Part shown: one piece after another, positions 42,705 to 52,544 of the stretch
How the letters are laid out: every line of letters starts with the position of its first letter
Numbering within the stretch: position 1 is the first letter of the stretch
From: a virus
Reading direction: 5' to 3' (one strand)
IMG/VR virus record: IMGVR_UViG_3300019487_000028
Span: 2,834 to 66,833 of that record
Length of the DNA stretch: 64,000 nucleotides
Made by a program: the position numbers and the translations under genes
The notes under the pieces: generated by a model
The model's input: only the letters and a program-made list of their open reading frames with translations
Told to the model about the DNA's origin: nothing
The model's database searches: none

Positions 42705-45170
42705 CTACTCCGTTGTCGCGGCCCTCCTCCGCCGCTTGCGGTTCGCCTCCTTGGCGAGCTTGGCGTACCCGGCCCACGTCAGGGTCCCCGGCTTGTCCTT
42801 CGGCGGGACGAACGCGACGGGCCGGCTGTTGGATATGTATCGGACGCAGTTGTGAGAGGCCAGCCCCTCGGCCATGAACGTTCGAGTGGAAGTCTTGATC
42901 GCGACCACGTCTACGACTCCGATGTACTCGTTCCTCACGACGCTCACTCGGTCCTGACCCCAGACCTGGAATCTCCCCACGTTCAGGTCCAATTTTTCCA
43001 AGAGCCTGCGAGGTCGCACTTCTCCAAGGAAACGCAGGCGTTCGCCCAGAGTTCCGGCTAGCACCACTGTACACACGCCAGGCTGGCTGCTCGTGTGTCT
43101 ATACAGAGAATGCTGGAATCCGAGCGCTCTCAGCGCAGACATGGTGTCCTCAAGAGCAGAGTTGTCTTTCTGTGACATGGAGATGTTCCGTATCCCCCTG
43201 TATTTCAGCTTGCCTTGAGACAGACTACCTTCTCCGTCGAACATCCCAGCTAAGTAACCGTGAGAGCGAGTGTCACCCTCTTTCCAGACGGACAGAGGCT
43301 TGAGTAGGAGCCTCTCGACGGAAGTAGCTCCTCTCGGGACCCCAGGCTCCCAATGTCCCCTTCCGTCAAGAGAAGCTGTGGACACCCACTTCCTCTTGCA
43401 TGAAGTAGCACTGGGAAGGTCTGACAACCACCTGTGGTCGTGTGACGACACGACAACAGTCCCGTCGGAGAGCGTCGTCCTGTACGAGGGCTTCTTCGTG
43501 AACTCTACGGACTCGACGAGAGCAGGACGCCAGTGTCTTGGACTCAGCGTCCCGTCACCAAACTCATCGAAACCGACGAGTGTGTCCCCAACTTTCACTT
43601 CGTCTGCCCTGATCCACCGCAGGTCCCCCCGGAGTATCTTCGTCTCTGGGGCGACGCAATCTAAAGCGTGGTCTGGAACGCTGTCGTCGCGCTCGTCGCT
43701 GAACACCGGCTTCCCGTTGACGGTGCCCACCTGGACCCTCCTGGCCGACTTCACTTCCAGCAGCGCGTCGAAGCACCCCTCCTGGTAGTCTTGGGTCTTC
43801 TTCACGAAGTACATCCTCGGGGCGCCCTTCTCCCTGGTGATCGGGTGGGAGTGTCCAGGGTCGACCAGGAGCATGTCCTTGATCCTCTGCCTGGAGACCT
43901 GCTCGTTGTTGTCGGCGCCCTCCCACGAGACCCTGTCCCACGCCGGGTAGTTCCTCGAGTCGACCCACTCCTCGGCCACGGACCACCTGTTCGACACTAC
44001 CCGGCCTCCGATCTTTTGCGGGACCTTGTAGAAGATGCTCGGGTCGGCCAGGTTCCGGTAGTGCGTCAGCTCGAACTTGTCTGGCTCCCTCGGGAGGGAG
44101 CCGTCGTAGCTCTTTGAGTCCTTGACCGACATCTTCCACACGTTGGCCCTGGTGTCCCTGATGGTCTGGTCCTCCAAGTAGAGCTCACGGTAGAAGATCA
44201 CGTTGCCGCCGCCGTCGACCGCCGCCCACAGCACGCACGTGACCCCGGAGTCGCCGTGGTCAAGCACGCGGTAGAGCTTGCACGTCTCGCGCAGCTTCTT
44301 CATCAACTCTTCGGAGTACTCCAGCACTGACGACGGGTGCACCCGGAAGAACACCCCCTCCGGGTTGCCCCACTCTCCGCGGACGTAGCGGGCCTGGTAC
44401 GTGTCGTCCTTGGACTGGAGGATCCTGAGGTTCTCCTCGCTCAAGAACTTGTTCTTCCGCGAGTCGAACGTGATCATCTTGTAGCCGCTGCCCTTCCACT
44501 TCGACTGCCACTCTTCCGACTCAGGGTGGAAGCGGTTCCACAGCCAGTGCGTCTCGAGGTCTGGGTTGCACGTGAGCAGCATGAAGCTAGGCGTGGACAG
44601 TTTCCCGTTCCGGAACTTGTACGGCCACTCAGTCCCGGTCGACTCCTCGTGGACCCGCACCACCTCCGAGGGGACGGAGGCGCTCTTCCACCGCCCTATC
44701 CTGGAGTGGAGGGTGTCGTATATCTCCTCGGCGGTCTCCTCGGCCTGGTCGATCAGGGCCGCGTTGATCTCGAGTCCCCGCAGGATGGAGATGGCGTCCA
44801 CGCGGTTGAGGTGGAGGAACACGAACCGCGAGCCGTTGGTGAGGGTGACTACAGCCGCGCCGCCGCCCTCGTTCTTCTGGGCTATGGCCTCTGGGGGGCA
44901 GAGCGTGTAGAAGGTCTGGAGCGTGGTCTCCTTGAGCTCGCTCCAGAACCTCCTGGCGATGGCGACCCTGTACCCTGGGTAGAGCTGCGCGAGGCACAGC
45001 AGCTTGAAGATGGCGACGGCGGTCTTCCCGCTGCCGTAGCCTCCAGACAGCAGGAGTGGAGCGGGGCCGTAGTTGAACGCCTCCTCTTGCTCCCCACCCT
45101 CAAACTTCTCGTTGGGTGGGGTGGCCCACTCCCACTGAGCGGTGTCTTGCCCCTGGCTCTCGTACGGCAA
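42705..45170 (-). CDS. terL: Terminase large subunit with intein
   Basis: Walker A GGYGSGKT; Walker B IDQAEE; LLTCNP; nuclease LDHG and DHALDC.RY. Confidence 0.9.
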   Translation of the reverse strand: MPYESQGQDTAQWEWATPPNEKFEGGEQEEAFNYGPAPLLLSGGYGSGKTAVAIFKLLCLAQLYPGYRVAIARRFWSELKETTLQTFYTLCPPEAIAQKNEGGGAAVVTLTNGSRFVFLHLNRVDAISILRGLEINAALIDQAEETAEEIYDTLHSRIGRWKSASVPSEVVRVHEESTGTEWPYKFRNGKLSTPSFMLLTCNPDLETHWLWNRFHPESEEWQSKWKGSGYKMITFDSRKNKFLSEENLRILQSKDDTYQARYVRGEWGNPEGVFFRVHPSSVLEYSEELMKKLRETCKLYRVLDHGDSGVTCVLWAAVDGGGNVIFYRELYLEDQTIRDTRANVWKMSVKDSKSYDGSLPREPDKFELTHYRNLADPSIFYKVPQKIGGRVVSNRWSVAEEWVDSRNYPAWDRVSWEGADNNEQVSRQRIKDMLLVDPGHSHPITREKGAPRMYFVKKTQDYQEGCFDALLEVKSARRVQVGTVNGKPVFSDERDDSVPDHALDCVAPETKILRGDLRWIRADEVKVGDTLVGFDEFGDGTLSPRHWRPALVESVEFTKKPSYRTTLSDGTVVVSSHDHRWLSDLPSATSCKRKWVSTASLDGRGHWEPGVPRGATSVERLLLKPLSVWKEGDTRSHGYLAGMFDGEGSLSQGKLKYRGIRNISMSQKDNSALEDTMSALRALGFQHSLYRHTSSQPGVCTVVLAGTLGERLRFLGEVRPRRLLEKLDLNVGRFQVWGQDRVSVVRNEYIGVVDVVAIKTSTRTFMAEGLASHNCVRYISNSRPVAFVPPKDKPGTLTWAGYAKLAKEANRKRRRRAATTE
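42849..43658 (-). mobile_element. Intein (270 aa) with LAGLIDADG homing endonuclease
   Basis: Starts CVAPETKIL, ends LASHN followed by Cys+1; internal GYLAGMFDGEGS. Confidence 0.9.
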
Positions 45171-45225
45171 GTCTGCTTCCCCCTCCCGCTGACTGGTACT
45201 AACGTACCACGGGACAGGCGGGGAG

Positions 45226-45318
45226 CTAGTCGCTGCAAGACTGGAAGTACCCGCAGGTCTCGCAGACGAACTTGCAGTGCCCCAGGAACCTCATCGGGCG
45301 ACCGCAGACGCAGGTCAC
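45226..45318 (-). CDS. 30-aa zinc-finger microprotein
   Basis: MTCVCG..CKFVCETCGYFQSCSD; GTGA overlap. Confidence 0.45.
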   Translation of the reverse strand: MTCVCGRPMRFLGHCKFVCETCGYFQSCSD

Positions 45319-45623
45319 GGCAGCTCCATGTACCTGTGCGCTCCGGACGGCCTCTCGGGGGCCGCCGACTTCTTCTCTCGGACTGGCAGTACCTCCACAT
45401 AGAGAAGAACCCTCACCCACGAGTGCTGGAGATCGCCCAGCACCCCCCGGTAGTGCTGGAGATTGCCCAGAACCCCCCGGTACTCGTACAGCCGCTCCGT
45501 GGTCTCGTGGTCCGAGCCGGGGAAGCAAGAGCGGATTGCGACTCTCACCTCTCTCTGTGGAGAATCGACGGCCACGCGCCTCTCCGCCCCGTCCGCCGTC
45601 CTGAGGACCGCGACGTATCTCAC
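45315..45623 (-). CDS. Hypothetical protein with 10-aa tandem repeat
   Basis: YRGVLG(N/D)LQH x2 (30-bp repeat at 45422-45481). Confidence 0.5.
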   Translation of the reverse strand: MRYVAVLRTADGAERRVAVDSPQREVRVAIRSCFPGSDHETTERLYEYRGVLGNLQHYRGVLGDLQHSWVRVLLYVEVLPVREKKSAAPERPSGAHRYMELP

Positions 45624-46219
45624 CTGATCGGCCTCCCGAACGTCATCGGCCTCCAGAACCACGACGGGTTCCCCCCGCTGGAGTCCACCAACCCCACGAC
45701 TCGTCCGCTCCTGTCCCTGATGGGACCACCGGAAGACCCGCGGTTGACCGACACGTCGAGCACGAGGTCGCCGTCAGAGTCCATCCCCACGTACGAGCCG
45801 CACGAGATTCCGAAGCGCCCGCCCTTCATTATGACTGGGGCGCACAGCTCCTTCCCCTGACTCGGGACATCCCCGAACTTCACTTTCTTGAGCCCGCGCG
45901 GCACTCTGTCCAGGAGAGCTACGACCAGGCCCCCGGCGGTAGAGCCCATCCTCTCGGCGGTCCCGGTCTCCGACCCACCGTCGGTCCAGTAGACCTTGTT
46001 TGGCCAACCCTCCCACACGTGGGGGACTGTCGCTATGCCTCCGTCGTCGTCGACGAGCACAGCCAGTGCGCACTGAGAGTCTCCCGTCCTGAGCCCCACC
46101 ATCCCCTGGAAAGCACTCCTGTCCCACTTGAGGTGGGCGCAGGGTCCGTCCTCCGCGGACAGGACCAAGGATGAAGCTGCCGTCACCACCGCGACCAGTA
46201 GGGCTCTTCTCGTCACCAT
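45620..46219 (-). CDS. Secreted trypsin-like serine protease
   Basis: Signal peptide; TVPHV (His) and RGSSGGP (Ser) motifs. Confidence 0.8.
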   Translation of the reverse strand: MVTRRALLVAVVTAASSLVLSAEDGPCAHLKWDRSAFQGMVGLRTGDSQCALAVLVDDDGGIATVPHVWEGWPNKVYWTDGGSETGTAERMGSTAGGLVVALLDRVPRGLKKVKFGDVPSQGKELCAPVIMKGGRFGISCGSYVGMDSDGDLVLDVSVNRGSSGGPIRDRSGRVVGLVDSSGGNPSWFWRPMTFGRPIR

Positions 46220-46238
46220 CTCTTTGCCTCTCTCTTTC

Positions 46239-46622
46239 TCAAGTCTTCGTGACCACGACCAGGTCGAACGTCATCCTGTCCCCCACCCGGCCCATGAGCT
46301 TGGCGAACCCCTGCCTGCTGCCACTGATCCACGACCCGTTGAACGCGTCCGCCACAAGGATGCACCCCTCGGTGTCTTTTTCGTAGTTCCCCTTGTGGAA
46401 TAGGATCCTGGAGTGTCCAGGTACGTTCATGACCTCGAACGTCGTGTATCCGCCGCCGTAGTAAGTGGTCTTGACACAGGAGAAGGTTCCGTCTGGGATC
46501 TTCGTCTTCAGGTCAGGCCCGGTCCACTCCAGGGTGACCGCGAACGGCAGACCGTTGTCGAGCAGCACCCCGAAGGCGCCCTCCGGACGGACGGCCACGC
46601 GGACTAGGTCCAGCTTCTTCAC
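46239..46622 (-). CDS. DUF5675-like protein (putative lysis-associated peptidase)
   Basis: FGVL..AVTLE..IP.G..VPG.S.ILFHKGN..DTEGCILV. Confidence 0.75.
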   Translation of the reverse strand: MKKLDLVRVAVRPEGAFGVLLDNGLPFAVTLEWTGPDLKTKIPDGTFSCVKTTYYGGGYTTFEVMNVPGHSRILFHKGNYEKDTEGCILVADAFNGSWISGSRQGFAKLMGRVGDRMTFDLVVVTKT

Positions 46623-47003
46623 TCGACCTCCAAGAACCTACCGGACGGGAGCTCCATCACCCTCGGCTTCTGTCTGGCCGGCTCCTGCCTGGCCTGCTCC
46701 TGCCTGTCCGGAGCCTGGCTCTTATTGTTGTAGCCATCGTGAGGGCGTATGAACTCCTGGTAGCGTCTGAACGGTGACACCGTGGGGGCCACCATCCCTG
46801 GAACGGGATCGGCTGGGGAGTCGACTGTGGTGTCTGTGGTGGTGGTGTAGTAGTAGTAGAATTTGTTTTCGTTTGCTTGTCATGGTATCGCCGCTCTCCT
46901 CAATCTACTCCTCAGGTTCTCTCCCAGCTCAGACGCTATCACGACGCCGACCACGACTCCCAGGGCTGCCCAGAGGAGAGGCTTCTCCAGTTCGGACAGG
47001 AGA

Positions 47004-47435
47004 TTACGCCAGCCCTTGACCGCCACCGAACCCACCCTGCCTCAGCAGGATCTCAGTTATCACGTCGCGCAGGGTGGGCTGCGGAGCAAAGAGGCTGCTC
47101 ACGGGCCCCGGAGTCGGAGATGCCAACGGGCTCGGGGATGGTACCGGAGAGGGAGTCGGTGTCGGTGACGGAGTTGGGGACGGAGACGGAGCTGGGGACG
47201 GTGACGCCGTTACCCCAGACAGGGTCCTCCTGGTCTCGTACCGTCCCGTGTTCGGGTTGTAGAACGTCTCAGTGCCTCCGGTCCCAGTGGCCAGCTCTGT
47301 CCCTCCCGCGGGCCTGTCTGTGCGGGTCTTCTTGAGGTTGCGCTTCCGGAGCTCTCGCTCGTAAGAGGCGGTCTGGGCCAACCCTGTCGGGTTGTAGGCC
47401 AGCAGTTCGGCGTCCGACATGTTGCTGAAGTTCAT
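47004..47435 (-). CDS. Ser/Pro/Thr-rich hypothetical protein
   Basis: (SPTP)n linker. Confidence 0.5.
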   Translation of the reverse strand: MNFSNMSDAELLAYNPTGLAQTASYERELRKRNLKKTRTDRPAGGTELATGTGGTETFYNPNTGRYETRRTLSGVTASPSPAPSPSPTPSPTPTPSPVPSPSPLASPTPGPVSSLFAPQPTLRDVITEILLRQGGFGGGQGLA

Positions 47436-47445
47436 CGCGTCTCTT

Positions 47446-48000
47446 TCAACTCCTCTTCTTGGCCGTCTTGCGCCTGAAGAACCTGTGCGCCCCGAGCTTC
47501 CCGGCCGGCTCCAGTTTGCGGAAGTCCCAGCTCGGGGTCCTCCCGGTGAAATAGAACTCCGCGCCGCCCGTAGGGTCTTCCACTTCTCCCGACACCAGGC
47601 CCTCTATAATACCCCTGATCCGAGCCAGCAGGGGGTCCTCTTCGGGGACGGAGAGCATCTTCGGCCTGTTGGGGTCGCCCGGGTTCCACGCGCTGAACTG
47701 CTTCGGCTGGAGCGCGACGTCCTCGAGGGTCTCCCCGTGCTTTCCGGAGCGGAGCCGGTTGACCAGCACCGCCGCGACGGCGGGCAAGCTCTCCGGGTCC
47801 CCCCTCGCCTCGCCCCAGACCGTCCTCGCGGCCACGTCGAGGCCGGGTATATGGAGGGGCTGCGGCTGCGCTTCTTGCTCCGGGAGAGGCGTAGGCGGCG
47901 GCGGCTCTGGCTGCCTGTACCTCGCCAGCATCGCCTCGACGAGCCTCTGCCGGAGGGTGGGTCCGGAGGGGAGGAAGACGGGGGCGGCTGGCGAGCCCAT
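47446..48000 (-). CDS. SleB-like cell wall hydrolase (Hydrolase_2)
   Basis: ARTVWGEARG..AVAAVLVNR..PKQFSAWN..DPTGGA.FY..G.H.F. Confidence 0.9.
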   Translation of the reverse strand: MGSPAAPVFLPSGPTLRQRLVEAMLARYRQPEPPPPTPLPEQEAQPQPLHIPGLDVAARTVWGEARGDPESLPAVAAVLVNRLRSGKHGETLEDVALQPKQFSAWNPGDPNRPKMLSVPEEDPLLARIRGIIEGLVSGEVEDPTGGAEFYFTGRTPSWDFRKLEPAGKLGAHRFFRRKTAKKRS

Positions 48001-48010
48001 GCCTACAAGT

Positions 48011-48202
48011 CTAACTCGACTCTGGCACAGGCTCCACGTCTACCTCGTGGGCCTTGGTCAGCGGGTACAGCTGGCCCGGGTGCTGCTCGTGCCGACCGAC
48101 CCAGTCCGAGTACTCTTCTCTGCTTGAGTGGGTGGCCTCTGCCCAGCACCCGTCGCACTTCCACCTCGATGGGAACACCATTCGCCCTCGGTACTCTGTC
48201 AT
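48011..48202 (-). CDS. Small zinc-binding protein
   Basis: CDGC..H..H; ATG overlaps the upstream stop. Confidence 0.45.
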   Translation of the reverse strand: MTEYRGRMVFPSRWKCDGCWAEATHSSREEYSDWVGRHEQHPGQLYPLTKAHEVDVEPVPESS

Positions 48203-49410
48203 CACTTCACCCTGAAGTACACCTGCGCCGACAGCGCCCCCACCCCAACCGTCCCGTCTTGCTGCACCGTCACGCCCTCGTTGGTGTTGCAGACCACCGG
48301 CCCCCCGCACAGGCTCTCGTCGAACATGACGGCCCGACCCTCGGCTCCGCCAGACTCGTCCTCGTAGATTGCCGAGCCGCCGAGGGCGCCGCCGCTCACG
48401 GTGGCGTTCTGGCCGTTGGACCTCGCCGTTATCGAGGCATTCAGGTTCGGCTGGGACGTGTCTCTCTTCTCCGGGGTCACTGTGGTCCCCGCGGAGTGCG
48501 CCGTGATCCTGAACAACCTGTAGCCTCGAACGAGACCGGTCACGGCCGCGGTGTTCTCCTGCCACACGGCCACGCGCACCACCTCCACCTTCAGCGTCGC
48601 GTGCGCGTTGAAGACGGACAGGTAGTGCTTGTTGGCGGACTTGGACATGGCCAGGGCCGACGCGACGAACACGTCTCCCCCGGGGGCGCCGACTGACACC
48701 GGGACGGAGGCCGCCCGCAGCTGTGCGTCGGTGAGCGGGCCGGACACTGTGACCGCGCTCTGGTCGGACGCGACCACGACCGGGATCGACTGCCCCATCG
48801 CCTTCTGGCCCGTGGTCGGGGCGTTCGAGCCCAGCCACCTCCCGACGTTCACCCTCTGGTGTCCGGACAGGTCCACCGACAGCGCGACAGGAGAGCTCTC
48901 TCCGTGGAAAGGAGGAGACGAGTTCGCCACGGCGGGTGGTACCGAAGTGACGTTGGCCTGCACGGCCAGCTCTCCGAGAGCAGTCACCGTCGCTGGAGTT
49001 CCGACGGCCGAGTCCAGGATCACGACGCCCTGGGTCGGCCTGGACACCAGGTCGTCCCCGTTGATGGTGACCAGGACGCTGCCTGAGTTCGTGATGGCGG
49101 AGGACAGCCTCACCCTGAACTTTGCCCACCCGGTCACGTCCACGTGCCACGCCGTGTCCTGCGGCGCGGACGGGAGTTGCAGCGAGGTAGCCCTGACCCC
49201 AGTGTCGCTCCTGGTGGCCTGTCGGGCGTGCCACCTCGACCCAGTGCTTGAGACTTCGAACGCCACCGTACCGAGGTCGATCTGTCCGGACTTGCTGAAC
49301 TCGACTACCAGCGAGGCGACGGCGCTCGCGTCCGCCTGGAGCTCTTCCCCGGGGGGAGTGGCAGAGTTCCACGTGGCCGTCGCTTCTGTGAAGTTCCCTC
49401 TGACGCTCAT
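48202..49410 (-). CDS. Virion structural protein
   Basis: Beta-rich; GQKAMGQSIPVVVASDQS..LTDAQLRAASVPVS motif common in phage tail proteins. Confidence 0.6.
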   Translation of the reverse strand: MSVRGNFTEATATWNSATPPGEELQADASAVASLVVEFSKSGQIDLGTVAFEVSSTGSRWHARQATRSDTGVRATSLQLPSAPQDTAWHVDVTGWAKFRVRLSSAITNSGSVLVTINGDDLVSRPTQGVVILDSAVGTPATVTALGELAVQANVTSVPPAVANSSPPFHGESSPVALSVDLSGHQRVNVGRWLGSNAPTTGQKAMGQSIPVVVASDQSAVTVSGPLTDAQLRAASVPVSVGAPGGDVFVASALAMSKSANKHYLSVFNAHATLKVEVVRVAVWQENTAAVTGLVRGYRLFRITAHSAGTTVTPEKRDTSQPNLNASITARSNGQNATVSGGALGGSAIYEDESGGAEGRAVMFDESLCGGPVVCNTNEGVTVQQDGTVGVGALSAQVYFRVK

Positions 49411-49411
49411 C

Positions 49412-49801
49412 TCAGTACGCCTCCGTGCAGTAGATTACGACACCCCTGGCCGCCGTGCCCGTCGTGATAAAGTTGAGTTGCTCTCCGGATGACGTCAGGC
49501 AGAACGGGTACCTCTCCCCCATAGTCCACGTGAGGTGGGCGTCTTTCCCAAGGTGCGCAGTCCCGGAGATGTTGGTTCCTGGAGGACTGCCCGAAGTAAA
49601 GCGCCAAGTCATGCTCTTCCCGTCCTCGGTCGAAATGTAGAACCCGATCACCTTGTGGATCTGTCCCGACTCCGCAGCAGCGACCACCACGGTCCCTGGG
49701 GACGACTGGCTCAACACGAACCGCCTAGAGAGGGTGGTTGTCGAGAACGTGGACGTCGCTGGCATCAGCTGAACTCCAAGAAGTCCAACGAGGCTGAGCA
49801 C
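49412..49801 (-). CDS. Small beta-sandwich structural protein
   Basis: Operon context; the start is uncertain. Confidence 0.45.
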   Translation of the reverse strand: MLSLVGLLGVQLMPATSTFSTTTLSRRFVLSQSSPGTVVVAAAESGQIHKVIGFYISTEDGKSMTWRFTSGSPPGTNISGTAHLGKDAHLTWTMGERYPFCLTSSGEQLNFITTGTAARGVVIYCTEAY

Positions 49802-51045
49802 TGCGGGTCCGTCCCGACGCCCACCTTGGACGTGGCCAGCGTAAGGGCTATTGGTGTCGTCCCGGCGATGTTCAGGGTGATCGGAAGCTTGGTCTTAGAA
49901 TCCAACTCTATCGACGACGAGCCTACAGAGCCGGTAGACGCCGGGACGTAACCGCTCTGGACAACGAGGCCACCAGTGAACGCGCCAGCGTTGGCGTCGC
50001 CGTGGACGCTGAACTCGACTCCGCTCTGGCTGTTGACTTGGGTCCACGTCAGCGCGCCGGAACTGGTCGTGAACGTAGGGTCGTAGACCAGCTCCCACAA
50101 GACCAGGGCTCCGGTGGCCAAGATGCTCGTCCGCCGGGCTACGATTTGGATGCGGTACACCTTCGAGGACGGGCCGAAGGTCGCCTTCGGACGTATGGAC
50201 AGTATCGCTCGGCGCGTGGTGACCGTGACCAGGGACGTCCCCCTTGAGGCGCTGAAAGGTGCGTAGAAATCGTCGTCGAACCCTCCTTCCGAAGCGACAG
50301 AGGCGCATATCTGCCGCATCGTCGGAGCCGAGCCCTGGGCGGAGGTGTTCAGTATCGAGTACCTCAGCGGGAGCGTCGCCGTGCCCATGAACACGATCTG
50401 GGTCTGCCCGCCGAACTGGAACTGGTGCGCGTAGATTACTTCCCCGTGGATGTAGAAGCCGCACCGGACCCTGCCCACGCCTAGCCACTGGAAGTCCAGC
50501 ACGAGGTTCTGGGCGTTGGCTGAGTACAGCTCCTCCTTCGAGGCTCCGGTACCGTCCAGCTTGTCCATGTTCCACGACGATTGCTCGGCCTTGGTCTCGA
50601 CTACGCTCCCTGACGCGGACGACCTCACGACGAAGCTCAGGACCGACCCGTGCTGCTCAAAGTAGATCCCGTTAGCGCCGTCGAAGTACCCCACTCTCCT
50701 CCTCACTCCGTCGACCCCAGCGCCGAACGCGAAGGTGAGGTTGACGAGGTGACTCTTCCCGGCCTGGTACTTGAAGTAGCGACGCGTCTGCCTCACCACG
50801 CTGTCATTGTTCGAGGTGCCGTTCGTAATGAGCAGGCTGCTCTCGCTCCCGAGGTGCGTCACTGAGCCTCCCCCGATAATGGAGGTCTCCCAGTCCAGCG
50901 GGTCGTCGTCGTAGTCCAGGGTCGACGAGAAGCGGGTCAGTGGCCGGCTCACCCTGAGTCGGCCGAAGGTGTCCCTCTGTGGTCCGTCCGACAAGACCAC
51001 CCCACCGGGAGACCTCCTGGAGCCGAAGGAGTCGTAGCCCGTCAC
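49765..51045 (-). CDS. Conserved phage structural protein (lectin-like fold suspected)
   Basis: DTFGRLRVSRP..QTRRYFKYQAGKS..GYFDGANGIYF..WN.DKLDGTG.S..WLGVG.VR.GF. Confidence 0.7.
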   Translation of the reverse strand: MTGYDSFGSRRSPGGVVLSDGPQRDTFGRLRVSRPLTRFSSTLDYDDDPLDWETSIIGGGSVTHLGSESSLLITNGTSNNDSVVRQTRRYFKYQAGKSHLVNLTFAFGAGVDGVRRRVGYFDGANGIYFEQHGSVLSFVVRSSASGSVVETKAEQSSWNMDKLDGTGASKEELYSANAQNLVLDFQWLGVGRVRCGFYIHGEVIYAHQFQFGGQTQIVFMGTATLPLRYSILNTSAQGSAPTMRQICASVASEGGFDDDFYAPFSASRGTSLVTVTTRRAILSIRPKATFGPSSKVYRIQIVARRTSILATGALVLWELVYDPTFTTSSGALTWTQVNSQSGVEFSVHGDANAGAFTGGLVVQSGYVPASTGSVGSSSIELDSKTKLPITLNIAGTTPIALTLATSKVGVGTDPQCSASLDFLEFS

Positions 51046-51154
51046 TTGGACGACACCGGCTTGGCCGCGTTCTTCTTTCTGAAGAGGCGCCTCAAGGCTC
51101 TGGAGGCGCGAGAGAGCACTGACGGAGACGTCCTGACCACGTCGTACCTGATCG

Positions 51155-51469
51155 TCACGTCAGCGCCACCATGTACAACTCGTCCCCGTCTGCCACCTGG
51201 ACGAACACGTACTCGCTCTTGACGTTCACGCCCTCGAACGAGATGGACTCCCCAGGGCTGACGAAGCCCATTTTTGACTGGACCGGGTTGTACTCAGGGG
51301 GATGAGTGGAGGACCACACGGTGACGTCCTCCAGGTTGTTCTTGGAGGCTCTCAGGACTATGTCCGTGAAGTCCAAGCCGCCGGCCTGGAGGCTCGGGAC
51401 GCACGCGCTCGTGAGCGGCTTCTTTAGGCCGCCGGTCCCAGGTATCGTCCTCCCGACAACGTAGGCCAT
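51155..51469 (-). CDS. Hypothetical protein
   Basis: GAGG RBS before MAYVV. Confidence 0.55.
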   Translation of the reverse strand: MAYVVGRTIPGTGGLKKPLTSACVPSLQAGGLDFTDIVLRASKNNLEDVTVWSSTHPPEYNPVQSKMGFVSPGESISFEGVNVKSEYVFVQVADGDELYMVALT

Positions 51470-51492
51470 ATACTGTCGACCTCGACTGGACC

Positions 51493-52026
51493 CTATTCTA
51501 CCTCTTCTGCCTCTACGTCCGTGACGTCCACGTCGGGAGAGGGGAGTCGTCGTCTGACCGGGATGGTCTGCGTCACCCCCTCGACTAGCATGGCTATCCT
51601 GGCCCCGGCCGGGAGGACCACGAGCGGCCTGTGGTCTGTCGGGGCGTCCGGGTTGAGCGTTGGGTGGACGGAGAGCCTGTCCGCTGAGGCTCCGAGGGCC
51701 ATCGCCGCTCGCAGGACGAGCTCCTGGTGGCGTATGACCTCCATCGGCGACGACTTGGCCGGGGGCTGGGAGGTGAGTATCTCGATCTGCTTGGACTGCG
51801 CGACCAGACCACCCTGGAGCGCCCTCACCACGTAGACGTCGAGGGTGGACCTCATCCGCTTCGACAGCTCGTCGCGGAAGGGCGTCATGCCCATCCACTT
51901 CTCTGCCGTCCGCTTCGAGACTCCCGCCTTAGCGGCGGCTTCTTTTACGGACTGGCCTTTGAGCAGTTCGTCGATGAGGTCGAGTCGCTTCGAGTCGATC
52001 TCGCCAGGCTTCCGCACTCCCAGCAC
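51493..52026 (-). CDS. HTH protein, probable terminase small subunit
   Basis: LLKGQSVKEAAAKAGVSKRTAEKWM..FRDEL. Confidence 0.65.
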   Translation of the reverse strand: MLGVRKPGEIDSKRLDLIDELLKGQSVKEAAAKAGVSKRTAEKWMGMTPFRDELSKRMRSTLDVYVVRALQGGLVAQSKQIEILTSQPPAKSSPMEVIRHQELVLRAAMALGASADRLSVHPTLNPDAPTDHRPLVVLPAGARIAMLVEGVTQTIPVRRRLPSPDVDVTDVEAEEVE

Positions 52027-52235
52027 ACACTCTCCACTGACGGCTCCCGCTCCTACTATTGCCCCTTCTTCCTGTCCCGGATCAAGTCGACCAGCTTGCA
52101 GCCCAAGACCGACACTGACACCAACGCCACCGACGCCACGAGGAGTTGAAGGGACATTACCACCTCAGACAACTTGGCCGCAATGAACAGCATCACGTCC
52201 ATCGAGCCTGGGCCGGCCACGAGTCGGTAGTCTCC

Positions 52236-52511
52236 CTACGACCTGGGTCCGAAGAAGGGCGCCTTGCCCAAGTACTCGGCGAAGATGTTCGCCAGCTTCC
52301 GGAAGTAGCCCAGGGCCAGCAGCGCTGCCTGAGACAGCTTCGAGATGGCGTCCACGACCTCCAGGTCCGGAGACGCCCCGAACAGGCCCAGAAAGTTCAC
52401 GACCTGCTGGGCGATGGCGTCCCCGCTGGCAGGCAGGACGGCTTGAACGGCGAGGGCGAGGCCGGCGACAAGGGGACCGAACCGAAGGACCAACTGGATC
52501 AGTTTGCTCAC
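52236..52511 (-). CDS. Small membrane protein (holin-like)
   Basis: Two hydrophobic segments. Confidence 0.5.
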   Translation of the reverse strand: MSKLIQLVLRFGPLVAGLALAVQAVLPASGDAIAQQVVNFLGLFGASPDLEVVDAISKLSQAALLALGYFRKLANIFAEYLGKAPFFGPRS

Positions 52512-52544
52512 GTTCTAAACCTCCGAGTTAGAGTCTAGCACGGC

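Noticed and set aside
46655-46710. Short GGC/GCC-rich repeats
   Set aside because: They encode EQARQEPARQ-type peptide repeats on the - strand; no 5-nt period or tail.
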